Source of the DNA: Octopus sinensis
Lineage: Eukaryota
NCBI RefSeq assembly: GCF_006345805.1
Contig: NC_043005.1
Coordinates: 38,192,001 to 38,256,000 of the forward strand
DNA: 64,000 bases
Direction of reading: 5' to 3'
Made by a program: the position numbers and the translations under genes. Of this stretch, positions 11,962-23,575 are shown one piece after another. Every line of letters starts with the position of its first letter. Position 1 is the first letter of the stretch. Below the pieces are notes generated by a model. The model ran no database searches and was not told the DNA's origin. It saw nothing but the letters and a program-made list of their open reading frames with translations.

Positions 11962-12001
11962 GTGATTATCATAGCTCAGTAATATCAAAGATAATGAAGT
12001 G
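11962..12001 (+). CDS. Candidate 40-nt exon (phase 1 to 2; xDYHSSVISKIMK)
   Basis: cctgttctgctttcAG acceptor and GTGAGT donor; only one frame open; lies in degenerate purine-rich sequence. Confidence 0.25.
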
Positions 12002-12124
12002 GTGAGTGTAGAGAATTAGATGTGGGAGAACATCACAGGGCAGTAAGAATGGAGGTGGAGCATGGTTTTGCACATTCAAGCTTTTACTAAGGTGGTTTTA
12101 AGATATCAATTCTGTTGTGGTGCA

Positions 12125-12400
12125 TGGGTTTTCTCAAGCACAGCAAAGTGCCAGATATTTAGGTCCTTTGTCATCGCCTCCTTAAGGCTCGGCATCTTGA
12201 GATTGACCCTAATACTTCATCCCATGTCTTCCTGAGTCACCCCCTTTCACAAGATCCATCCACTTTAAGTGATCAGCACTTCTTTACACAACTGTCCTTG
12301 TCCATATGCTTCGCATGACTGATCCAGCACAGTTTCCTCTCTTTCACACTACATTTAATTCCTCTTATACCTAACTTTTCTCTCAGTGAACTTATTGTGT
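12125..12400 (-). mobile_element. RTE-clade LINE 3' fragment
   Basis: Reads LREKLGIRGIKCSVKERKLCWISHAKHMDKDSCVKKC*SLKVDG; paralogous to 7480-7800. Confidence 0.8.
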
Positions 12401-12479
12401 ACAAATTTTATGGACACTACAACTTGTTGGAAATAATTAAGAGAGTGAATAAGGAGCAGGTATATAAGTCAAATAAAGA

Positions 12480-12860
12480 AAGACAGCAATGAAAGCTAAT
12501 ACATACACAGCACACAGAATGAAACACAAAAATAGGGAGATAAATGAGGATATTAAAAGAATCTTAAAGAATAAGGGCTTATAGGCACACCAGAGTAGTG
12601 TCAGCAAATGTCAGGAAGCATGAAATTTTTGAAGAATGTATGTTTCTGCAGTTAACAATGGATGTTAGTTCACTCTATGTTTTGATAACTCTGTGTGTGA
12701 ATAATGGTTTCTGAAAGTCTTGGATGCTCAGCTGTCTTGATTTTATAAGCATGTACACAAGTGAACTTGCTTATAAAATATGCATCATTAGGTCTCAGAG
12801 CTTTCTAGTTTGGTATCTTTCTAAGTATCTATGGTTTTTCACTTCTGTGATATTTATATT
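12480..12860. repeat. Interspersed repeat shared with about 36040-36200, unclassified
   Basis: Shared segment GGG...TATAGGCACA....AG...TCAGGAAGCAT..AATTTTTGAAGAA. Confidence 0.5.
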
Positions 12861-13164
12861 CACTTCATCATCAACATTATCATTTTAAAGTCCACTTTCC
12901 ATGCTTGCATTTGTTAAGGTAGATTTTCTCTTGCCAGATGTCCCTCCTGTCACCAACCTTGATTTACTTCCAAGTAAGGTAATATATCCCCCATAACCAG
13001 ACATATTTTCATAAAAGATTAGAAATGGAAGAAACTACTTGCATGGCGGTGACACTTGTTTACAATCACCACATAAAGTCAAGGCAAAGTGGCAATAGAA
13101 TACACACACATGCACACATATGCACACACACACACACACATATATACAATGAGTTACTTATTTC

Positions 13165-13392
13165 TTTAGTGCCCACAAGGAGCTAAACATAGAGGGGACA
13201 AACAAGGACAGACAAAAGGATTAAGTCGATTACATCGACCCCAGTGCATAACTGGTGCTTAATTTATCGACCCCGAAAGGATGAAAGGCAAAGTCGACCT
13301 CGGTGGAATTTTAACTCAGAATGCAAGGACAGACAAAATACCGCTAAGCATTTCACCCAACGTGCTAACGTTTCTTCCAGCTCACCGCTTTT
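13165..13392 (-). mobile_element. Family B SINE, variant with extended 3' end
   Basis: Near-identical to 48190-48415, including GCTAAACA.AGAGGG.ACAAACAAGGACAGACAAA. Confidence 0.9.
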
Positions 13393-14009
13393 CTATAGTT
13401 TCTTATAATTTCTGCCTAGTAAGTCTATTCACAAAGTTTTGGTTGGGTGTGATATTGATTTTTATCTGACATTGCACTTGCTGTGGTGATAAGGTAATAC
13501 ATACAAAGGTGTTTTTTTAATCATAACATCATCTTTTGGAGATGGAGCAACAAAACAAGCCTAAGGAGCTTCCCAGCTCAATAAGACAGAGTGAAACCTA
13601 CTGAAAGTCAACCTAGCATTTTGTGGTCTCAACCTATTGTTGTTGTTGTTGTCGTCATCGTCATCGTCACCTCTGTTGTTGTTTTGAAATAATAGTGAAG
13701 ACACATGACTGGTTAGGGTGTTATACTCATGATCACAAGATGATGGTTTCAATTCCTAGATTGGGTGGTGCGTTGTGTTCTTGAGCAAAACACTTCATCT
13801 CTTCAAGGTGATCACTTCAACACCTGGCACATGGTACGCCATGCACCTGTTTGGGCAATGTTGATTTGATGGAGGGAGGGAGTTAATGTATGGCACATAC
13901 ATTTGTTCACTATAAATAAAATATTTCTGCAAGTCATTTGGAAAAAGCTGCATACTAAGGCGTTGTCTTCAATGGAAGAGTCCATCATTATTATTACTAA
14001 GAGTAGTGC

Positions 14010-14430
14010 ATGCAGTCAAAGTGCCACTAGAGTACATATAGGCAAAGCCTGATATACCAATCATAACTTCCCATCTGATAAAGGCACACCAGGTACATGC
14101 ATCATAACCATATGTGCATGACAGGGAGACAACATATCAAGATATATAGTGCATGACCTTGCAGATAGGTCCTAGTTAGAATTTTTTTCAGTAGCCCATC
14201 CCACTCAAAAGGATGCTGAATAAGGGTTGTTTAAGGGTGATGAACAAAACACCTATCTTTCTGGGGTGAATCATTCTCAACACATGGCTATGATGCTGTC
14301 CCACTACTCTTGCTCATGATCAGAGATGCATGTACCAACAACTAAGGGACATACTCAACTAGTTAAGGTCAAGCAACTGACAAGCAAATATGCAGTATTG
14401 AGCAGAATATTTTCTGTAACCTATCAAGAC
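14010..14430 (+). mobile_element. Interspersed repeat, probably the 5' region of an RTE-type LINE
   Basis: Recalled as a common octopus repeat (AGTAGCCCATCCCACTCAAAAGG...GAGATGCA...GGTCAAGCAACTGACAAGCAAAT); class assignment is from memory. Confidence 0.45.
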
Positions 14431-14509
14431 AAAATGTACACAATAACACTTGCTATCATTTAAAGCCCAAAGCCTTGAGAGCCATTGCCTGCTATTACAT
14501 TAGGGTATT

Positions 14510-15240
14510 TGTTGTTATAAATTTTTTGCATTTCATCTCTATGATGGGATTTACATGGGTTTATTTTGTGACACCATGTCACCCCTGTGACCTCAGCCAT
14601 TCAACAGCTTTCAAATGATCTTTGCTCTTCCTAACAAGCAGACCAGTTGCATGATTTCTATTTTCATCTGCAAGCCAATCTTTTCAGTTCAATCCTTATT
14701 CCTAAGTCTCTACTGACAATTAGCATTACCTCTCTTTTTCTGCAACTCCATAATTTGCTGTCTCTTTCTTCATTTCATTTTCTTTTATCCTTGTCAAATG
14801 GATGGGCCACGTTAATTATGTAGCAAGACCCTCTTTTCAAACACCAAAATATATCTGATTTGTTATGCTCTAAGACTTGATCCATTTGGATAAGGAAGTC
14901 TCAAAGAGGTTTAACCTCATCGTTCTCAGCTACTTTTTCAGATGCATGTTCATACCACTGATGTCCTGATGGAAGTCCATACTTCTTACACATTTCCCAG
15001 TGGATGACCTTTGAAAAATCATCACATCTCTGAGATTCATACTGGAACATCCTGTCCTGTATAAATTGTTCTGTATGTCTGTCACATTTTACTAGCTTTC
15101 TGATTCTGCAATGATTCATTATCTGACCTCTTCAATAGCAACTTCAATTTCTCTTCTACATATTTTGTATTTTCTTTCCAGTTGATCTTTAATTCCAATG
15201 TTCTGCAGTTCATTGCTTCTCCAACTATTTAATCTGCTCA
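14510..15240 (-). mobile_element. R4/Dong-clade element fragment, internally deleted, with stops and frameshifts
   Basis: IKDQLERKYKICRREIEVAIEEVR (N-terminal region) runs directly into CRI..KVIHWEMCKKYGLP..QWYEH..EKVAENDEVKPL*DFLIQ.D..HNKSDI..CYIINVAHPFD (Zn knuckle and RLE) and QLVCLLGRAKII. Confidence 0.8.
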
Positions 15241-15251
15241 TATCATCATCA

Positions 15252-15310
<59 letters not shown>

Positions 15311-15312
15311 GA
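15240..15312 (-). repeat. (AAT)n/(GAT)n microsatellite at the 5' boundary of the Dong fragment
   Basis: Directly visible. Confidence 0.95.
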
Positions 15313-15954
15313 GTCTTTCTTCTTCCTTCAATTTTGTTTCCATTTCTTGCTGAGTGTCTTCTCAACACCAAAAGCAAATAAAATTACTGTATACATTGAT
15401 AGGCCATTAAAATAAACACACCAGATTGTTTATTTACAAAAACAAAATAAAATTCTGTAAAAAACAATAAACATTTACAAGGAATGTTATCAATCTCACA
15501 GCAACAATATTCTTCTCAATACATACACTGTACCAGATAAAACAATCTTTTGCCTTTCTTGCACAGACGTTAAGCCAGGGATCATTCTCAAATAATTCTT
15601 AGTTCCTTTTTTTGATCATTTTTAGAGCTCCTACAATTACTAGAATTGTAACTGCCTTGAAATGTGACATTGTTTCAATTTCAATGTGCGAATCTTTATT
15701 TATTCTTAGCTTGTCAATCAATAAACAGAAGAAAATGCTTCGCAGAATTTGTCCCAACTCTCTACTTTTACAGTTCAAATCCTGTCATAATCAAATTTGC
15801 CTTTCATCCTTTTGGAGTCAATAGAATAAGGTACCAGTCGAGTACTTGGATTGGGAGTATCAATTTATCCACACCTCCTTCAAATTGCTAGCTTTGAGCC
15901 TGAAACCAGAAATCATCCTAATCACAATAATGATGATGATGATGATGAAGAAGC

Positions 15955-16165
15955 ATACTTTGGTATACCAGATGTGTGTTGCAGGGAGATGTCACAATAA
16001 TTGAGGGTCACAGAAATTTGTTGCAATACCAGTTGGTAGTTTACACACTGTAAACATATATGATAAAGCCCCTTAAGGATGACTGCCACATATGTTGTAG
16101 GAGCAGTCAACAAGTTACCCCACACATCCATGATCGGTCTAACTACCTGAGGGTAAGTGCCCTCT
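15955..16165 (+). mobile_element. R4/Dong-clade zinc-knuckle region fragment
   Basis: EGHRNLLQYQLVVYTL*TYMIKPLKDDCHICCRSSQQVTPHI resembles EG...AIQDQVV.TRNY.KYIIK...DD.CR.C....ETI.HI. Confidence 0.55.
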
Positions 16166-17028
16166 CCTAGCTGTTTCTCCAAGGCCTACTGATACATTTT
16201 GAAAGTAAACCCATTAATGTTTAACACTTTTAAAATTAATGCTTAGAAAATTTACTGGAAAGCAGTACCACCCTTTCCACTCTCTTCAAGGGGTGCTAAA
16301 ATAATGATAAAGGATTTCACCAAAGATGTGTCTGCTTTTAGTCATTTCAACTGTGTTCATGCAATTTCTTTCTTGATAACTACCAAACACTTCAGGAAGA
16401 AAACCTTCTTGTCTTTTCTGACCAAAGTAATGCAGTGAAGCAATCTTCAGCATGGACTTGACCAATTACCAGTTCCCTTTTACATGTCATGACAGCTCTT
16501 TGATATCACCCGACAAATCATTAGTGTTCAGACAGTGAAAGACTGCATGCAGATTGGTTTGTATTAGTCTGTACACGAATCCATCTACCCTGATTAATAG
16601 CACTTACATGCCTATAGAATTAATATCTAACCAGCAATATTCACTTGGATTCGGAATAATTTCCAGAAATTCTTACCAGTCAAAATTTCTAGAAATTATC
16701 TAGTCTCAAGTTGAAAGCCCTCAGGAAAACTAAAAGAAGATATTGGTTATATTTGTGATACATTTGCAATAACATTGTGTGTGTGCGCGTGTGTGACAGG
16801 TTTGTACTTGCCATCAAATGTATCATCTCTAGTTTCTGATGAATTAAAGATAAGTACTGACAAGATGAATTCCAATCTCTCTTTTTTATCTTATTCATAT
16901 ACTTATTTAATTATTTACATTCTCCCCGCCACACCTCTCATTTTTTGCTTTTCATTTTTCCTTTCTGTTAACTTCCCTTTCTTCTCTCTTCTGTTTTCTA
17001 TCCTATTCTGTACGGTGTTGTCTCAAAG

Positions 17029-17060
17029 GAAAGAGGAAAGGATGAAAAAAAAAAAAAAAG
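17029..17060 (+). CDS. Candidate 32-nt microexon, ERGKDEKKKK+AG (phase 0 to 2)
   Basis: Pyrimidine tract of about 80 nt (16935-17010), tctcaaAG acceptor, AAG|GTAAAC donor; length depends on a 15-A homopolymer. Confidence 0.4.
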
Positions 17061-17689
17061 GTAAACAGGTGTAGTTGAGAGAGTGAGAGAGTGAGTAAGT
17101 GAGTGAAAGAGATGGCCATGTTACTTTGATATGATATTGTAGTAGTGTGGCATATCAATAATGCAAAAATGTTATATTTGATCTTTATACTAATCTGAAT
17201 CATCTTAATGAAATGTTAACACTCTTCCCAAGATATATCACATAAAAGAAACCACTTGGTATCATCATCATCATCATCACCTGTATATATATAATAATAA
17301 TATATATATAATAATAATGATAATCAACATCGCAGCAGCTTCAATTTCATTATCATCTTCAGCATTGTCATTGCAATTATTATCTAGTCACCAATACTAT
17401 TTCTAAGGTTTCCATGCTAGTGTAGAAATAGATATTCATTATCATCATCATCACATCTCAACAGCAGCAGCAGCCTTTTCATCATTATCATTATTGACCT
17501 CATTATCATCATTGTGATTATCAGCTTTCAAGCACTATTTTTTAGGTTTCCATGCTTGTGTAAAAATATTATTATTATTATTATAGCTAAATCTTCTCGG
17601 TTCAGTTCAGATGTAATATTCTATCACTGTTGCACTACTACTACTACTACTACTATTATTATTATTATTATATTAATCAATTAATGTCC

Positions 17690-18040
17690 ATTATCCATGG
17701 ATTAGACGGCTTGACTGGAGCTAATGAGCCAGTGAGCTGTACCAGGTTCCAGTCTGATTTGGCATGGTTTCTACAGTTGGATGCACTTCTCAATGCCAGC
17801 CACTCCAGAAGTGTAATGAGTGCGTTTACGTGCCTCTGGCACAGGTGCCATTTACATGACACTGACAACAACTGCAACTATGATACATGAGTGCCATGTA
17901 CATGGCACCAGCAACAACTATAATTATGATGCACAGGTGCTTTTTACATAGCACTGGCAGTAACCACAACTATGATTCATGGGTGCCATTTACATGGCAC
18001 TACCAATGACCATGATTTCTAGGTGTCATTTACAAGGCAC

Positions 18041-18041
<1 letters not shown>
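17690..18041 (-). mobile_element. Family C retroposon with an internal 46-bp minisatellite
   Basis: TTTCTACAG.TGGATGC.CTTC motif shared with 22853-23290; tandem GTGCCATTTACATGGCAC units. Confidence 0.75.
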
Positions 18042-18087
<46 letters not shown>

Positions 18088-18088
<1 letters not shown>

Positions 18089-18540
18089 GGCAGTGAACTG
18101 GCAGAATCATTAACACATGGGGAAAATTGCTTAGCACCATTCCACCCATCATTTCATTCTGAGTTCAAATTCCACCAGGGTCAACTTTACCTTCTATTCT
18201 TTCAGGATCTACAAAATAAGTATCAGTTGAGCAGTGAGGTCGATGTAATCGACTAGGCCCCTCCCCCAGAATTGCTGGCCTTACACCAAAATTTGAAACC
18301 ATTATTATTATCATTATCATTGAGGTAGTGAGCTGGCAAAATTGTTAGCACACTGGGCGAAATGCTTAGTGATATTTGTTTGGCACTACGTTCTGGGTTC
18401 AAATTCTGCTATGGTCGAATTTGCCTTTCATCCTTTCAGAGTCAATGAATTAAGTACCAGAGAAACATTGAGGCTGATGTAATTGACTCATCCCCTCCCC
18501 CAAAATGGTTGTCCTTGTGGCGAAATTTAAAACCATTATT
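18088..18540 (+). mobile_element. Two tandem family B SINEs, each after a (TTA)n tract
   Basis: Heads GGCAGTGAACTGGCAGAATC (18088) and GGTAGTGAGCTGGCAAAATTGTTAGC (about 18323). Confidence 0.85.
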
Positions 18541-19063
18541 ATTATTAGTAGAAGTAGTGGTAGTAGTAGTAGTAGTTACCTATATAAGACATTATTATTA
18601 TTACTGTTATAATTGGAGGAAGATGTACCTGCACTCTTTGACACAATAGCAGCCATATCAATAATATTGTTTTTATTTTTATTATCATTATTATTATTAT
18701 TTTGCATCACTTCCGTATGTGAATATAATAGCATTAGATGCCATTTTGTCCTCCCCACCCACCATTATATCGAGGAAGGGGAATATCCATAATTAAAGAT
18801 AACAAGTAAAAAAAAAAAATTAAATCAAGCACACAACACACACATATTCTGTTCACAATAGGGATGGAAACCTTCCTAAAATGTTTGCCCACAGGTGGCT
18901 TTCTTCTATTCCATGTGATGGAATTTCAAATCTTAGGAAGTACTCTGACATTGATTCACATTCTGGAAAATATAATTAGCTTATTCTGAAAAACATATAT
19001 ATATGTTTATATACTTATACACACACACATATTATGTATACATATTTATATTTATATGTTTTA

Positions 19064-19108
<45 letters not shown>

Positions 19109-19774
19109 GTACAGATGCAAATTTTATATAGGGAGTAAAGTATCAACAGACATATGTACATATACTTTATATGGATATAAAGAGAATTGTATAGGGCTAT
19201 ACAATGGCTTGTTATCATTAGGCTTATATAGAAAATAGTTTATAGTATGTAACAGAAGTTCTTTGAGTAGCCTCCAACAAGTCTTCTTAAAGGAGCCAAT
19301 AAGATACTTAGCAACAACCTTTAACTCTTGCATCTTGATCATTCTGTATTTAAGTTTAGTTTGATTTTTGTCTTGGAGACTTTGCTGCAGAATCAGTGCT
19401 TTTCTATCTAGAACAGAATGTAGTTTCACTATCAGAATGTTCAAATTTACTTACAGTCCCTTCTGTTTCAGCATCTTGAGATTTTGCAATCATTTGAAGA
19501 TTGGGTCTTTACAGCTGGGTTAGTAGAACTGACATTTTCATATGTAATGGAAATGTTTGACTGCCAAGCAAACAAAAGAAACTCCAACGTATTCCAAAAT
19601 TTTTTAAGGTCTAAAAAAGCAGGAACCAAATTTCTAGGACTTGTAAACCACAGAAAAAAAAAAATGTTCTAATATTCATTATTTTTGGTACATAAAGAAC
19701 AAAAACAGGGAGTATAAAAATAATATAAAATAAAAATCACATTAAATAGATAAGAGAAAAGAAAGATTGGTTTC

Positions 19775-19972
19775 AAATTTTGGCACAAGGCCAGCAATTT
19801 TAGGGAAGGGGCTAAATTGATTACATTAACCCCAGTATTCAACTGATGCTTATTTCATCAATCCCAAAAGGATGAAACTTCAGTGGAATTTGAACTCAGA
19901 ACATAAAGTCGGATGAAATGCTGCTAAGCATTTTGCCCAGTATGCTAATAATTTTGCCATCTTACCACCTTA
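19775..19972 (-). mobile_element. Family B SINE
   Basis: Matches 330-548 and 44440-44635. Confidence 0.85.
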
Positions 19973-20234
19973 GAGAAAACAAAAATGGACAGAAATCAGA
20001 TGTAAAATAATGATGACAAGAAATGAAAAACAACAAAGGGACTAAAGAGTATTGATGTGATGGAGGTGAAAGTCAATGTATATTGATCGAGATAACAAAA
20101 TATTCAAAAAATGAAAAACAAGAAAATAAAAGCCTAAAAACAGACTTTCAAACAGCTGCAGAGGAATTGTTGTCAGTGACTAAGTCACAGTTGTGTAACA
20201 AAAATATTGACACTTCTTCTTTTAATCTTTATTA

Positions 20235-20422
20235 TATTTCAGTCATTTGACTGTGGCCATGCTGGAACATTGCCTTTAGTTGAAGAAATCGACTCCAGGA
20301 TTTATTCTTTGTAAGCCTAGTACTTAATCTATCGGTTACTTTTGCTGAACTGCTAAGTTTTGAGTATATAAACATGCCAACATCAGTTCTCAAGTGATGG
20401 TGGAGGTGGGACAAGCACAGAC

Positions 20423-20453
<31 letters not shown>

Positions 20454-20620
20454 CACGATGGGCTTCTTTCAGTTTCTGTCTACCAAATCCACTCACAAGG
20501 CTTTGGTCAGCCTAAAGCTATAGTAGGAGACATTTGCCCAATGTTTCACATCATCGGATTGGTCCCAGAACCATGTGGTTGGTAAGCAAGCTTCTTACCA
20601 CACAGCCATGCTTGCACCTT
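20235..20620 (-). mobile_element. Full-length family A SINE
   Basis: Matches 4195-4605. Confidence 0.9.
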
Positions 20621-20699
20621 CATGAAATAAATTTAAATTTCAAGTAAATTTAACATCTTTGTATGTCTTTGAATAGATTTCCTGTGATTTAATTGCTTA

Positions 20700-20779
20700 G
20701 CATACTCCTCACTAGCTCTCGGCTGATCAAAGCCTTGTGCATGGATTTGACCAATGGAAACTGAAAGAAGCCTGTCGAA

Positions 20780-20834
<55 letters not shown>

Positions 20835-21085
20835 GTGTGTGTGTTGGTGTGTGTATGTGTTTGTGCATTCTCTCTTTGCTTTGATGTCACATGATAACTG
20901 TGAACAAGCACCATTGTCATGGTAACAGTGTTGTTCATTTCCAAGTCTTCTTTGAAAATATGTCTAGCTATGGGGAAATATTATCTTGCTTGGAAACAAG
21001 TAAGAGTTAGGGCATCTGGGTATAGAAAATCTACCTTAACAAATTCCATCTGACCCTAGCAAGTAAGGAAAAGTGGGACGTTGTT
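20700..21085 (+). mobile_element. Family A-headed SINE with family C-like tail, 5'-truncated
   Basis: GATCAAAGCCTTGTG..TGGATTTG..GGAAACTGAAAGAAGCC then GGAAACAAGTAAGAG..GGCATC..TAGAAAATC. Confidence 0.7.
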
Positions 21086-22852
21086 GCTTACCTTTCAGCT
21101 CAGATTTAACTGAACAAAAGAGAGTAAGATCTGATTACGGGAAATAATTGGCTGCTATTTCTAGCAGACTAAGAGATCACATACTGGTATCTTCATTCTT
21201 AAATGTTATGAAAATCAAGAAAAACCCGAGTCATGTGGTTACCAGAAAATTGTAAAGACATTCGTTGGAGTGCCATACACTTTCTTGTAGAAGTTTGATA
21301 TAGAAGTTTTATTGGAAACAGACTTAGAGGATAGCTGTTATCAATTGATATGAATCATCATCAAGAAAACACCATCTCAAATAAAATCCAAAGAGAGCCA
21401 ACCACTGGATATTGTTAAAATGGAATGATGAAATCTGGTTAAAGTGATGTACAACTGTTATGCAGGTACCTGCTTGCCTACATAGCAAGTCAAACCTGCC
21501 TGTTTCCACAATTTAAATGGTGCTGATGAGCCCCAACTGAAAGAATTAAGATCACGCTAATCACTTAATCCAGTAGGCAGGGTCCCTCATCAGTGAGTGG
21601 GGGCTGGTGTGTTGTAAAGCTGTTGAGAGGAAGGCTCTAAAACGATGGGCATTCTTATCTGATGACCCCCTGAAACCTGGTGGTACCCTGTATGCAGAGC
21701 TTGCAAGTGACAGTACTTGCATAAGCAAGCTGTTACAATGTGAATAATTAGAAATCTTGTTAACTGGCAAGTTTATTATCATATCTAATTGTCCATGCTG
21801 TGTATCTACTCACAAATAACTGCTTTGTAAGAACACAGTAGAAATAGGAATTGATAATAAACCAAATAGTAAGTAGAGAAACAAAAATAAAAATCAAAGA
21901 AAATGTTCTGGTTCCAATTTGAGGAAAAGTTTTTACAAGTTAGTATATCATAAGAAGCTCGAAATACTGTTTACAGTCAATTTTCCTGGCTATAATTTTC
22001 TGTTCAATAGATTGAGTAAATACATAAGTAATTAATGTTTAAAAAAAATACTCTGGGTCGTGAGATTGAGTTATTCTGAAAATTATTTTAAAACACTTGG
22101 ATATTTCTAATTAATTTAATATTCAATAAGTTCACTTCAGAACAGTGGTTATAGATTTTTGAAGATTTTCTTAATGAATACAGCAAAATTCTGTCTATTT
22201 TTGAAAACTGTGTCTATAATTATAGCTATATTTAACTAATGAAATTTTTTAACACATATTCAATTTGTACATTAGATATTTCACCAGAGTTCTATGATTC
22301 TGTATGTATGTATATATTTACACACACATATAGACCCTTCTCTCTATATATATATAGATCCTTCATCCCACTTTACCCTCAGGCAGCATAGCATAGCTGT
22401 GTGGTTAAGAGATTTGCTTCTCAACCACACAAATTAGGGTTCAGTTCTCCTCAATGCTTTCCATCGTGGGCAACAGTTTTCTACCGTAGTTCTGAGCTGA
22501 CTTATGCCTAATGGGTGGATTTGTTGGAAGGAAATTGAAAGGAGACCATTGTATGCATGTGTCCATATGTGTATGTTTGAGTGAAGTGCCCTTGTTTTGA
22601 CATCACCAAAGTGTTGTAAATGAGGGCCACAACAATGAAAGCAGTGGCTGTCACTTCCAATCTTCCTTGAAAACAAGTCTAGACATGGGTAGATTTTATT
22701 TTGCCTGGAAACATGTTAGGATTGGCAACAGAAAAGGCACCCAGTCTCAACAAACTTCCTCTTTACACAAGTATTAGAAACTGGATGCTGAAACAACTGT
22801 AGTGATGAATACACAGGTTTATGCATGTCTGTGTGTGTGTGTGTGTATATCA

Positions 22853-23287
22853 TCATCGTTTAACATCCGTTTTCCATGCTAGCATGGGTTGGACGGTTCG
22901 ACTGGGGTCTGGGAAGCCAGGGGCTGCACCAGGCTCCAGTCTGATCTGGCAGTGTTTCTACAGCTGGATGCCCTTCCTAACACCAACCACTCCGCGAGTG
23001 TAGTGGGTGCTTTTTATGTGCAACCGGCACAGGTGGCAGCAGAGTCTGGTATTGGCCACGATCGGTTGGTGTTTTTAACATGCCACCGGCACGGAAGCCA
23101 GTCAAGGCGGCGCTGGCATCGGCCACGTTCGGATGGTGCTTTTTATGTGCCACCAGCACAGGTATCACAACTACTATTTCCATTGATATTTATTTCGATG
23201 TTCATGTACTTGACTCAATAGGTCTCCTCAAGCACAGCGGGATGTTCTGGAATCCAAGGTACTTTGAATGGCCAGGGGCTATGCGGA

Positions 23288-23290
<3 letters not shown>
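22853..23290 (-). mobile_element. Family C retroposon, low divergence
   Basis: CATCATCGTTTAACATCCGTTTTCCATGCTAGCATGGGTTGG...; reverse complement of 55440-55680; retains CpGs. Confidence 0.85.
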
Positions 23291-23324
<34 letters not shown>

Positions 23325-23326
<2 letters not shown>

Positions 23327-23575
23327 GAAGGCACATGGCTCAGTGGTTAGGGCATCCTGTTTATGGTCGTAAGTTCATGAGTTCACTTACCTGCTGTGTG
23401 TTGTGTCCTTAAGCAAGTCACTTTGTTTCATGTTGCTTGCTCCAATCCACTCAGCTGGAAAAGATGAGTAGTACTTGTATTTCAAAAAACCAGCTTTTTC
23501 ACATTCTGTGTTACTCTGAATCCCCCTGAGAACTATGTTAAGGGTATGCATGTCTGTGGAGTGCTTAGCCACACA
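23325..23575 (+). mobile_element. SINE with tRNA-like head, CORE-like CCTTAAGCAAGTCACTT segment and family D 3' domain
   Basis: TGGCTCAGTGGTTAGG A-box; 3' part GAGAACTATGTTAAGGGTA...GTCTGTGGAGTGCT.AGCCAC shared with 25945-26324. Confidence 0.75.

Noticed and set aside
16300-16690. Complex unique-looking sequence, possible transposase or exon
   Set aside because: All frames are interrupted and there is no motif I could name.
17845-18041. CRISPR-like repeat/spacer appearance
   Set aside because: Eukaryotic DNA, spacers are homologous to one another, the array is embedded in a retroposon, and there are no cas genes; it is a minisatellite.
19423-19672. Overlapping ORFs and splice sites on both strands
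   Set aside because: The minus-strand exon has stops in all frames, the plus-strand donor is weak, and no product is recognisable.
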